Shown here: positions 47,637-56,858 of the stretch, piece by piece | How positions within the stretch are numbered: position 1 is the stretch's first letter | Layout: each line of letters starts with the position of its first letter | NCBI GenBank assembly: GCA_945830345.1 | Contig: CALZYS010000001.1 | Span: forward strand, 1-62,862 | DNA: 62,862 bases | Source of the DNA: an uncultured Prevotella sp. | GTDB taxonomy: Bacteria > Bacteroidota > Bacteroidia > Bacteroidales > Bacteroidaceae | Direction of reading: 5' to 3' | Position numbers and translations under genes: made by a program | Notes under the pieces: model-generated | What the model saw: only the letters and a program-made list of their open reading frames with translations | The model's database searches: none | What the model was told of the DNA's origin: nothing

Positions 47637-49535
47637 TTAAATATTCCTTAACAATCCCCTCAGCAGATAAGTAGCATTCTGATTGCGCGCCACTCCTGAT
47701 GTTATTTTGTAGCTATATGTCACGTTGTCCGTGAGTTCTATCTCAAAGCAGTAGTTATGGAAGCGGTCGGGGTGATCTGCGGACATCTTTGAGAGTTCAA
47801 GGTCGTGGGTGGCAATGATTCCTGTAACGGGAAGTTTTGCTATGGACTCAAGGAACATTCTCGAACCACTCAACTTGTCGGCAGAATTTGTTCCCTTCAG
47901 TATTTCATCGAGGATTATCAGCGTATGGCGGTTTTCCTTACATTCACTAATAAGCTGTTTCAGACGCAACAGTTCTGCATTGAAATAACTAATGCCATGA
48001 GCAAGGTCATCGGTTGTGCGCATACTACTAAACAGAGAGAAGATGCTCACCCTCAACCACTTGGCGAAAATTGGCATACCGCACATGGCGAGAATGTAGT
48101 TGACGCCAATGGCACGGAGGAAAGTGCTTTTGCCTGCCATATTGGCACCAGTCACAATATAATAATGCGAATCGCTGATGCAGAAATCGTTTGGCACAGC
48201 CTTCTCTCCTAAAAAAGGATGATACAGCGCTTCCGCGCTATAAACCACCTTGTCACCCTCATCTATTTCCACATCCTTTGCGTAAGGCTCATTGTAGCGG
48301 AATGTTGCCATTGACACGAGAGCGTCAAATTTGCTTACGGCTTCTATCCACTCACCCATCCTTGCCAAATAGCTGGTTTTCCACTTGGAGAACCGTCTGA
48401 TGAGAAAAAAATCGTTCAGAAAGAACGTATTGCAGAATATGCGATATAGAGGATTGCCGTTGCGGTCGAGACTGTCCATAAGCCTCTTTAGTTCAGTGAA
48501 AGAGCTGAGGGCATTGCCTTCACCGAGAGACAGACGAGAGAGTATATCGACATTGTCCTTGGCGGAGTAATGCCCTTGTGAGATAATCTCCATCAGATAG
48601 ACATACATGCTCATCTGCTTGCTTACCGCCCCAACAGTCTTGTTTATACTTCTTAATGGGCGTGAACACAAGACTATCATAAACAGCAGATGAAGCAATC
48701 CCCATAAAAACGGCACATTCGACGGAACTGCATCCATCAAGGCTGCAACGAAAGAAGAGAGAAATCCTACGACCGAGGCTACAGCAACGACTATCGCCGC
48801 GTAAGAAGACGCAAACAAAGGCAAGGAAATTGACTTTGCCTTTTCAACTACTCCCATTATCTCGTCTGTATTGATGATGTCTCCCCTTAGCTGTCCCACT
48901 GCAATAAACGAGGTTCTTAAACTTACATCATCAGCAAGTTCGTTGATAGCATCCCTTTGGTCTTCTATTTCCCGTCTTGTCCTTGTTGACGCAGAACCAA
49001 GCTGTGCTGCGAGGTAGTCGCTTCCGCCGGATGTTACAGTGCGGTTAATCCGTTGGAAAAGTGACTGTTCTCCAAACACATCCATATCGAAGGAATAAGC
49101 ATGACATGGATTGACATACTGTTTGCCATCGCGGAATGCCTTGAAATCACCATTGAGGTACGCCATTTCGTTCACATACACACTGCGAACTGCCTTTAGC
49201 CTCTTCATCTTGTCTCCATTGGCAACATCCATTCTGCGTAATGTAATATATGCTAAAACAAAGAATATTGCCAAAACAATGACAACAGTCTCACCATAAT
49301 ACATGGCATATATGGCAATACATGATATTGCAAGAATAAAAGCAGCCAACTGACCTATGACAAACCATTTTGCCTTCTTTTCACATCGGCTAATTTCATC
49401 AGTATGGACATTAACGTTATCTTCATATTGCTGATATATAGAATTCTTCAGAGGATGAAGTTCTGCCATTTCAATTTCAGGATTTTGTGATTTCATAATA
49501 ATAGGATAACTATACAAATTCATACTTTTAGTCAT
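47637..49535 (-). CDS. Membrane-anchored MutS-related ATPase (MutS domain V); start uncertain
   Basis: N-terminal TM helices, HPFL, TGANMAGKSTFLR, SYF.AEL, LDEILKGTNS and ATHD; no mismatch-binding domain seen. Confidence 0.88.
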   Translation of the reverse strand: MTKSMNLYSYPIIMKSQNPEIEMAELHPLKNSIYQQYEDNVNVHTDEISRCEKKAKWFVIGQLAAFILAISCIAIYAMYYGETVVIVLAIFFVLAYITLRRMDVANGDKMKRLKAVRSVYVNEMAYLNGDFKAFRDGKQYVNPCHAYSFDMDVFGEQSLFQRINRTVTSGGSDYLAAQLGSASTRTRREIEDQRDAINELADDVSLRTSFIAVGQLRGDIINTDEIMGVVEKAKSISLPLFASSYAAIVVAVASVVGFLSSFVAALMDAVPSNVPFLWGLLHLLFMIVLCSRPLRSINKTVGAVSKQMSMYVYLMEIISQGHYSAKDNVDILSRLSLGEGNALSSFTELKRLMDSLDRNGNPLYRIFCNTFFLNDFFLIRRFSKWKTSYLARMGEWIEAVSKFDALVSMATFRYNEPYAKDVEIDEGDKVVYSAEALYHPFLGEKAVPNDFCISDSHYYIVTGANMAGKSTFLRAIGVNYILAMCGMPIFAKWLRVSIFSLFSSMRTTDDLAHGISYFNAELLRLKQLISECKENRHTLIILDEILKGTNSADKLSGSRMFLESIAKLPVTGIIATHDLELSKMSADHPDRFHNYCFEIELTDNVTYSYKITSGVARNQNATYLLRGLLRNI

Positions 49536-49714
49536 AACAACGACGTCATGTAAATCGGAAGATAGACTATGCCGTTGTCGATTTTCATATCCATGCTATG
49601 GATAATGTATGTATAGCTTTTACCTACTCGTCTGGCTCCCTCAATCAAAAGGGCAACCCTTCCGTTCTCGGTGTTTTTCCACCTCCAAAACGTGTCAATT
49701 ATTTTTCTTCTCAT
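49532..49714 (-). pseudogene. AAA-DUF4143 ATPase collapsed to its N- and C-termini
   Basis: MRRKI...LLIEGARRVGKSY is fused in frame to YIIHS.D...DNGIVYLPIYMTSLL*. Confidence 0.85.
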
Positions 49715-49785
49715 AGCAGCAAATGTGAATTTCGGTGCAAAGTTACTGATTTATATTGGTTTAACCAAACATTTCACCAACTATC

Positions 49786-49866
49786 TGCACCAAAACACGA
49801 TTTTTATTCGTGCGATATTGCACCAAAACACGATTTTTTATGATGGCAACTGCACCCAAACACGAT
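49786..49866. repeat. Three direct repeats at 33/32-bp spacing upstream of the ATPase remnant
   Basis: tgcacc(a/c)aaacacgat at 49786, 49819, 49851; -7 box at 49738-49745. Confidence 0.92.
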
Positions 49867-50024
49867 ATTGCCTACAAGCTTTAATAACAAGAGGTTTCTT
49901 GTCTTTGTTGGCCTTCCAGCCTCTGAGGATATTGTCAATCTTTCTTTGCAGTGCTGCCATTTTTTCAAGGGACTTTTATCATACCTGCGCCACTTTTTCA
50001 AGCGACTTTTATGCCGCAAAGATA
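49862..50024 (-). pseudogene. Second ATPase remnant: promoter, 33-bp repeats and 5' 33 codons
   Basis: MAALQRKIDNILRGWKANKDKKPLVIKACRQ from ATG at 49960; leader 49961-50010 is nearly identical to 47526-47575. Confidence 0.85.
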
Positions 50025-50157
50025 AGAACAATTGTCGGAAAATAAAAATTTTTACAAGAATAATTATTGATATATACCAATAATTAATAGTTTTTTTCGA
50101 GAATATATTACTAAAAACATTAATGTATAGCATATTTCTTGTGATTTCCAATAATAA

Positions 50158-50209
50158 CCAGTGTCGTCAACACCCTGATTGCCATAAAGCAGCTTGTTGA
50201 CGACACTGG
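50158..50209. terminator. 15-bp perfect inverted repeat downstream of fructokinase (possible terminator)
   Basis: ccagtgtcgtcaaca-N22-tgttgacgacactgg. Confidence 0.5.
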
Positions 50210-50266
50210 CATAACGATTAATATGAAACGAGTAAGCAGCGGTGTCAGTTGGAAAGAAGTTTAGTG

Positions 50267-51142
50267 TTACTTCTTCAATTCCTCGGGAATCACTGGCATC
50301 GCACCGTTTTGGGTGCAAACGAAGGCACTCACGTTGACACCTATGAGATGTGCCTCTGCGATGGGTTTGCCTGAGAGGATGGAGGCTACAAACGAACCGG
50401 TGAAGGAGTCGCCGGCACCTACGGTGTCCGCCACTTCCACCTTCGGGGTCTCGAGGTACGACATGGCTCCCTTGGAGAAGACATAGCTGCCGTTGACACC
50501 ACAGGTCAGGACGAGCATGTCGAGATCATACTTGCCGAGGATGAGCCAGCACTTGTTCTCGAAGTCGAGACCGGGATAACCGAACATGCGACCAATAATC
50601 ACCAATTCCTCATCGTTGATCTTAAGTACATTGCAACGTTTCAGAGACTCGCAGATGACTTCCTTGGAATAGAAGTTCTGACGCAGGTTGATGTCGAAGA
50701 TGCGCAGACAGTCCTTCGGCGTGGCATCCAGGAACTTGTAGATGGTGCGGCGCGAAGCCTCATAACGCTGTGCAAGCGAACCGAAGCATACGGCGCGGCA
50801 GTTGCGTGCCATCTCCTCAAGACGTGCGGTAAAGGGGATGTTGTCCCATGCCACGCCCTCCTTGATGTCGTAAGTGGGAATGCCAGACTCATCGAGCGAC
50901 ACCTGCACTGTTCCCGTGGGGAAACTCACCTGCGGCATCTCGTATTTCAGTCCCTTGGCATCGAACTCGGCGAGGGTTTCCGCGCCCAAATCATCGGTAC
51001 CCACGGCACTCACTGCGTATGCGTCATAACCAAACTGTGACACATGATAGGCGAAGTTGGCCGGTGCACCGCCAATCTTCTTGCCTTCGGGGAGGCAATC
51101 CCACAGAGCCTCACCCAGTCCTACGATTATTCTGTTGTCCAT
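50267..51142 (-). CDS. Fructokinase (PfkB family), BT1757-like
   Basis: GEALWD, GGAPANFA, FDINLR, KINDEEL and DTVGAGDSF motifs. Confidence 0.93.
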   Translation of the reverse strand: MDNRIIVGLGEALWDCLPEGKKIGGAPANFAYHVSQFGYDAYAVSAVGTDDLGAETLAEFDAKGLKYEMPQVSFPTGTVQVSLDESGIPTYDIKEGVAWDNIPFTARLEEMARNCRAVCFGSLAQRYEASRRTIYKFLDATPKDCLRIFDINLRQNFYSKEVICESLKRCNVLKINDEELVIIGRMFGYPGLDFENKCWLILGKYDLDMLVLTCGVNGSYVFSKGAMSYLETPKVEVADTVGAGDSFTGSFVASILSGKPIAEAHLIGVNVSAFVCTQNGAMPVIPEELKK

Positions 51143-51151
51143 AATTGTATT

Positions 51152-52315
51152 TTATTTAGAAGTTTTGATTTTCGATATATAAGTAAAGAGATAAAGCACT
51201 CCGACAGCCATCACTGCCACAGCTCCAATCTGACCGAGTGCATCGCTGGCAAAGCCCATGAACAAGGGGAAGACAGTACCACCGAAAAGACCCATAATCA
51301 TCAGTCCGCTAATCTCATTCTGTCTGGATTCATCAGAGAGCAGAGCCTGGGAGAACACAAGCGAGAAGATATTCGAGTTGCCGTAGCCCACAAGCGCAAT
51401 GGCTACATAGAGCACAGCCTTAGACTCGCCAAAGGCAAGACCGAGCATCGACAGAGCCATCATCACGACACTGATGATGAAGAATAGGCGGTTGCTGATC
51501 ACACGGAGGAAGAACGAACCTGTGAGACAGCCGATGGTACGGAAGATGAAATACAAGGATGTGGCAAAGGCAGCATCGTTGAGCGACATCTCATGACGCT
51601 CCATAAACAGTTTGGGAGCTGTGGTATTTGTACCCACGTCGATACCCACATGGCACATGATGCCGAGGAACGACAACAGAACAATGGGGCGAGAGAGCAG
51701 TTTGACACAGTCGAGTATCGACGATGCCTTACCCTCAATCTGCTGTTCCTTGATAGGAGTAGAGGCAAGAAGAAGTGATGCCAAGATGCCGATCACCATA
51801 TACACGGGGAAGAGCACGCGCCATCCCAAGCCAAACGATGGAATAGTGGCCATGGCTCCCCACATTGCTATATAAGGGGCGAGGAACGAGGCGATTGCCT
51901 TGACAAACTGTCCGAAGGTGAGTGTAGAAGCGAGGTTTCCGCCTTGTATTACCGATGAAACCAACGGATTTAGTGATGTTTGCATCAGTGCGTTACCAAT
52001 GCCAAGCAGTGAGAACGACACCAACATCAGCGGGAAATTCTCGCCAAACAACGGCAGAAGAAGCGACACTACAGTCACAACCAACGACAGCAGCACGGTC
52101 TTCTTGCGTCCTATCCTGTTCATCAGCATACCAGTTGGAACTGAGAAAATCAGGAACCAGAAGAACACTAACGACGGTAACACATTGGCGACTGAGTCGC
52201 TCAATTGTAAGTCTTCCTTAACATAATTCGAGGCAATGCCGACCAAATCGACGAAACCCATGGCGAAGAAGCAAAGCATCACGGGTACTATTGCCATCCT
52301 ATTCTTTTTACTCAT
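51152..52315 (-). CDS. MFS sugar (fructose) permease, BT1758-like
   Basis: About 12 TM helices, FFAMGFVD, RIGRK and LMQTSLNP; fructan PUL context. Confidence 0.9.
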   Translation of the reverse strand: MSKKNRMAIVPVMLCFFAMGFVDLVGIASNYVKEDLQLSDSVANVLPSLVFFWFLIFSVPTGMLMNRIGRKKTVLLSLVVTVVSLLLPLFGENFPLMLVSFSLLGIGNALMQTSLNPLVSSVIQGGNLASTLTFGQFVKAIASFLAPYIAMWGAMATIPSFGLGWRVLFPVYMVIGILASLLLASTPIKEQQIEGKASSILDCVKLLSRPIVLLSFLGIMCHVGIDVGTNTTAPKLFMERHEMSLNDAAFATSLYFIFRTIGCLTGSFFLRVISNRLFFIISVVMMALSMLGLAFGESKAVLYVAIALVGYGNSNIFSLVFSQALLSDESRQNEISGLMIMGLFGGTVFPLFMGFASDALGQIGAVAVMAVGVLYLFTYISKIKTSK

Positions 52316-52670
52316 ATCAACTCTGTTATTTATGTTTTTATATTAATATATTGTTTTATAACGTTTTCTCTTTTTTGATATGTTATCCTGAAATACAATC
52401 TGTTTTACCTCTAATAAGACTTCCACCTTTTTACCTTTCACAGGCTTAAACCCAAACTAAATTAATAACTCAAATAAATCTAACCAAAACCTAAATCAAT
52501 AACTAAAAACCTTACTGTGTATAATGCTTATGCAAAAACAATCAATCAAAAACACTCTTGTTTTCTGATTTCCGAGTGCAAAATTAGTAGTATTCTATAG
52601 ATTAGGCTTTAAAATATGTTGCAAAGACGACAATAAATCGAACAATGCAACATATTTTTGTATTATTGTA

Positions 52671-54398
52671 TCATTTTTCCGATTTAATCTTATAAATTGT
52701 AGCCTTTGCCTTGCCTTTTACTATAATTTTGTCATAAGGTTCGGTGGGAAAAACGAGGTTTGTCATCACCATTTTGCCTTCGGAATCGAATGCCTCGATG
52801 CTGCAACGGTCAACGAATATCCTCATTTGGCGAATCTTGCCATAGGTGGGAGAAGATGTTGCCACGGGGAAGGCATCGCTGAATGACACATTGCCACTGC
52901 GGCGACGATCCATGTCGAAGGTCTCCTCTGTGTCGTCGTAGGTCATCACCACCCTCTCACCCTTGGCATTGCGCAAGGTGATCTGTGCGTCGCCCTTGAG
53001 GTCAACGACTATCTCGCATGCCTCTGTGGGAGAGCTTATCTTGGCACCACGTACGGCATCCATTTCCTTGGCTGGCAACACGCTGCAATAGGTCTCTCCC
53101 TTGTATTCAAACAAGCCAAGGTCGCGAACGATGGAGTTGGCCGAGCGGAACTGCTTGGTGGGAACCTGGTTGGCATACTGCCAGTTGCTCATCCACGCAA
53201 TGGCGCAGCGGCGACCGTCGGGAGCGTTGTCGAAGGTGACGGTGGCATAGTGGTCCTTGCCGTAGTCCATCCACTTGGTCTCGCTGGGATCGTCCTCGCA
53301 GGTGAACTTGTGTCCGTCAAACTGTCCGATGAAATACTGTGTGGCTGAACCGCCGAAGGGACCGCCGGGGTTGATGTTGCATATGAGCATCCACTTCTCC
53401 TTGTCAGTTCCCTTCACCTTCATCTTCATCAGGTCGGGACACTCCCACACACCACCGTGATTGCCGTATTCGTGTCCGAAAGAGCTCTCATACTTCCAGT
53501 CCTTCAGATTTGCGGAAGAATAAATCTGCATCTCCTGACCGGCAGCGAGAATCATATTCCAGAATCCAGCCTCAGCATTCCAGAAGACGTGAGGGTCGCG
53601 GAAATCCTTCTTTTCATCGGTCACGACCGGATTGCCAACGTACTTTGTAAAAGTCTTGCCTCCGTCATTGGAATAGGCAATACACTGAGCTTGAACATCA
53701 CCTCCAAAGGGAGTGGGACGGCTTGACGTGTACATGGATATAATAGCATCCTTGCCGAAACCGGCAGAATTATCATGGTCAACTACACACGAGCCACTGA
53801 ACATCGTTCCCCATGCGTCTGGAGCAAGGGCTATAGGCTGCTTCTGCCAGTGAACCAAATCTGTAGAAGTGCTATGTGCCCAATGCATATTACCCCACAT
53901 TGACCCATATGGATTATATTGGTAATATAGATGCCACACACCATCCTTAAAGAAAAGTCCGTTAGGATCATTCATCCACCCTCGTTCGGGAGTGTGGTGG
54001 TATGCCGACCTGTATTTTTCAGGAATAAGCATATACTGTCCGTCGCTATTCTGCTTAATCTGACTGAAACAGACTGAACCTTTGGGCACATTCTGAATAA
54101 CGACCGACAATCCCTTAGCACCGAGCCACGGCTGTATGTCGAGAGCCACATAATAATCCACCTTCTCGCGTGCCAATCGTACATTATTGGCAAGTTTTTC
54201 GACATTATCAACAACAACACAGACACGTCCTTCGGGAGCACTCTCTTGGACAGGTAGCCATAGGTATTGCCCTTTAGTCTTTTCTGGAATTACAATACTT
54301 TGCTCAAGTGCCTGATGAACTATGGTTTGAGCATTGACGACCATACTCATCAGTGCACTTGAGAAGAGTAAAGCAAATAAACGCTTTGATATAGCCAT
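52671..54398 (-). CDS. GH32 exo-fructosidase/levanase, BT1759-like
   Basis: WMNDPNG, FSGS, RDP and WECP motifs; signal peptide. Confidence 0.93.
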   Translation of the reverse strand: MAISKRLFALLFSSALMSMVVNAQTIVHQALEQSIVIPEKTKGQYLWLPVQESAPEGRVCVVVDNVEKLANNVRLAREKVDYYVALDIQPWLGAKGLSVVIQNVPKGSVCFSQIKQNSDGQYMLIPEKYRSAYHHTPERGWMNDPNGLFFKDGVWHLYYQYNPYGSMWGNMHWAHSTSTDLVHWQKQPIALAPDAWGTMFSGSCVVDHDNSAGFGKDAIISMYTSSRPTPFGGDVQAQCIAYSNDGGKTFTKYVGNPVVTDEKKDFRDPHVFWNAEAGFWNMILAAGQEMQIYSSANLKDWKYESSFGHEYGNHGGVWECPDLMKMKVKGTDKEKWMLICNINPGGPFGGSATQYFIGQFDGHKFTCEDDPSETKWMDYGKDHYATVTFDNAPDGRRCAIAWMSNWQYANQVPTKQFRSANSIVRDLGLFEYKGETYCSVLPAKEMDAVRGAKISSPTEACEIVVDLKGDAQITLRNAKGERVVMTYDDTEETFDMDRRRSGNVSFSDAFPVATSSPTYGKIRQMRIFVDRCSIEAFDSEGKMVMTNLVFPTEPYDKIIVKGKAKATIYKIKSEK

Positions 54399-54403
54399 AT
54401 TGC

Positions 54404-55255
54404 CTATTTTATAAATTTGACACCATTCTTTATAACAATTCCCCTCTTATTGCCAAAAACCATTTTACCACTTAGGTCGAAACATGAGTCAGAAGAGGTT
54501 TGAGAATATACAGACGATATACCTGTACCTACCTTGGGAATAAGAAGCACAGCCGTGAAATTAAAAGGATTGCCACTTTCTTTATTGCATTGTATCATCA
54601 GACGGTCAACTTTAGAAAGCCTTGCAGCCATGTCAATATTCTCAATGTTAAGTTCTGCATATTCGTCAGTCATCGTCATTGTAGAAGCATCAGCTATATG
54701 ACCTGCCTCATCCCAAGAAGCCTTAATATTAATTACATAATCAGTACGTCCCGCTTCAGAATAGAATCTTATAGCCTTATAATTACCCCATTCGATATTA
54801 TTAAATGCTGTTTTGGCTATTTCAAGTGTTGACCATTCGTCCATCCAGAAAAAACCAGTCCAAACGGTCTCGGCAGTTACATTATCCTTGCCGTCACCAT
54901 ACCATATCTTGGAAAGAGTGAAACCTTTTCCACACACTTCCATACCAGTATTCTTTAGCTGACTGAGCATTCCCTGCGTAATGAATACTTCTACACTTGT
55001 ATTATCAAAATACAGTTTATGAGCAAATCGTGTTCCTGGCAGCATAACTCCATTGCTGTGAAGCTCTATCACATCTTCCTCTGAGACATTGAATTCAAGG
55101 ACAATCTTCTGTCCGATCTTGGCATCGGAAAATTTGTCTGCCGTAATATTTAGTGTATTGTTCCAATCTACAGCATGTGAACCTTCCCACACATCAGTTG
55201 CAGAAACAAGAACTGTAGCCATTATGCATAATACTGAAATAATAAATCTTTTCAT
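54404..55255 (-). CDS. Secreted hypothetical protein with two CBM-like repeats and a T9SS-type C-terminal tail
   Basis: Signal peptide; VWEG..W..I.A..F and VWTG..W..IA..F repeats; tail TGISSV...FDLSGK...GIVIKNGVKFIK. Confidence 0.7.
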   Translation of the reverse strand: MKRFIISVLCIMATVLVSATDVWEGSHAVDWNNTLNITADKFSDAKIGQKIVLEFNVSEEDVIELHSNGVMLPGTRFAHKLYFDNTSVEVFITQGMLSQLKNTGMEVCGKGFTLSKIWYGDGKDNVTAETVWTGFFWMDEWSTLEIAKTAFNNIEWGNYKAIRFYSEAGRTDYVINIKASWDEAGHIADASTMTMTDEYAELNIENIDMAARLSKVDRLMIQCNKESGNPFNFTAVLLIPKVGTGISSVYSQTSSDSCFDLSGKMVFGNKRGIVIKNGVKFIK

Positions 55256-55274
55256 AATTGTAAATATTTAAAAA

Positions 55275-56837
55275 TTAATATTGTGTTATTTTTATGTCTT
55301 TGATATTTATTGTTCCTCCGTAGCTGTTCACCGACCAGCAGTTTTTCTGCAAGCCGTAGATGCGCTGTGTAGTGCCGTATTCACCATTGATATACATCAC
55401 TACGACAGAGTTGTCGGTGTAGATGTCAACCTTGTATGTATTGTCGGCAGGACGTGGGAAGATGTATCCGTCGGCTCCTACGATGAATCCCTTGCCTTCA
55501 GCGCCTTCCTGCTCGAAGTTTACTTTGCGTCGGCCGTTTTCCCATTCCGGATTGACCACGAGAGAATAGTATTTCGTAGCGTCGGTGCCACGCACAAACG
55601 AAACGCCCCATTTGTCAGCCTCTCCTGCCGTCACCACAAAGGAGATGTGATTATGATAGCCAAGGCGACTGTAAAGCACATATCCGTTGCCGTTGATAGT
55701 GCCAGAAGAATAGTTCTCCGATGCCATTACCTTCGCTTCGGTCTGAACGCCATATTTGTCAGCCATTGCCGGCACCTCACCGACAGAGAGAGTACCGTCG
55801 GCATGTTGTATGAGTTTGTGACACACTAATGCACCCGACCAGTTTGGTTCACTTTCAGCCCCCACTGCTACATTCTTGTCGTGTATGGTTGTGCCGGTGC
55901 GATAAGGAGTCCATCCCCAGATGAAGCGGTCGGTGCCGTTAGAGGCAGTCTTGCCTGCATAGAAGGCGCGAGTGTCGAGCACTCCCTCCTTGTCGTCGGC
56001 AGGCCATTTCGGTCCTTCGTTGAAGCACTTCTTCAGTTCGTCCAACGAGCGCGCCATCATGTATTTTACCTTGCGGCTCCAGTCACTGCGGTATGCCTCG
56101 CTATATACCATATACCACCAGTCGCCCATCTTGAAGATGTCAGGGCACTCAAGCATACGGTCCCAAATCATACACGAGAACTGTCCGTCGTATTTCCAGT
56201 CGCGCAGGTTCTCCGATGTATATTCGGCGAACTTCAGGTTGCTTGCAATGATCATGTGCCACAGTCCGTTGTCATCCTGGAACACCTGCGGGTCGCGGAA
56301 GTCAACGTCGGAATAACCGTTGTCAGAACCGCGCAGTATCCACTCCCTGTCCTTGGTCCATGTCTTGAAGTCGGGCGACGTGGCACGCATAACCACCTCG
56401 CGTGTGGTGTGGCCAGTATAATATATGTAGTACAGTCCGTCACTTTCGTTATACACGGCGCATCCTGTTCCCAAGGCAGCATCCAGTTCGTCCTTCGACT
56501 TTCCTGTAGGGATAACCTCGCCAAGGCCTTGATAGTTGGCACCGTCTGTTGTCGATACACCATAGATGGGATGATAGCACCAGGCATCATTGTTGTCGAA
56601 CTCCTGCAGATAGAGCACCTTGAAGTCGCCCGCCTTCTTGTCGTAGAAAGGCATAGGGTCGCCCACCCTGCCAATGGCAGGCTTCCAGTATGTGTTGTAG
56701 CCGCTTTCCTCTGTTGGAGTGAAGCATTCGGTTGTCGCCGACCAGTCCTTTGCAGGGTCGCCAGCAAAACTGTCATCGCTGCAAGCTGTCATTGTAAGTG
56801 CAGCAATCATTATTGTTGAAAATATCATTGGTTTCAT
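55275..56837 (-). CDS. GH32 endo-levanase lipoprotein, BT1760-like
   Basis: Lipobox MTAC; VGDPMPFYD, RDP, LECPD and YAGKTAS motifs. Confidence 0.88.
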   Translation of the reverse strand: MKPMIFSTIMIAALTMTACSDDSFAGDPAKDWSATTECFTPTEESGYNTYWKPAIGRVGDPMPFYDKKAGDFKVLYLQEFDNNDAWCYHPIYGVSTTDGANYQGLGEVIPTGKSKDELDAALGTGCAVYNESDGLYYIYYTGHTTREVVMRATSPDFKTWTKDREWILRGSDNGYSDVDFRDPQVFQDDNGLWHMIIASNLKFAEYTSENLRDWKYDGQFSCMIWDRMLECPDIFKMGDWWYMVYSEAYRSDWSRKVKYMMARSLDELKKCFNEGPKWPADDKEGVLDTRAFYAGKTASNGTDRFIWGWTPYRTGTTIHDKNVAVGAESEPNWSGALVCHKLIQHADGTLSVGEVPAMADKYGVQTEAKVMASENYSSGTINGNGYVLYSRLGYHNHISFVVTAGEADKWGVSFVRGTDATKYYSLVVNPEWENGRRKVNFEQEGAEGKGFIVGADGYIFPRPADNTYKVDIYTDNSVVVMYINGEYGTTQRIYGLQKNCWSVNSYGGTINIKDIKITQY

Positions 56838-56858
56838 ATATATTAATCGTTTAAGATA

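Noticed and set aside
47637-49535. Canonical mismatch-repair mutS or mutS2
   Set aside because: Has TM helices and only the ATPase domain; no mismatch-binding or Smr domain is seen.
55881-56819. Long antisense ORFs (also 1988-2833, 2927-3679, 32734-33552, 38272-38961 and similar)
   Set aside because: They lie opposite well-supported genes, lack motifs and are expected codon-bias shadows.
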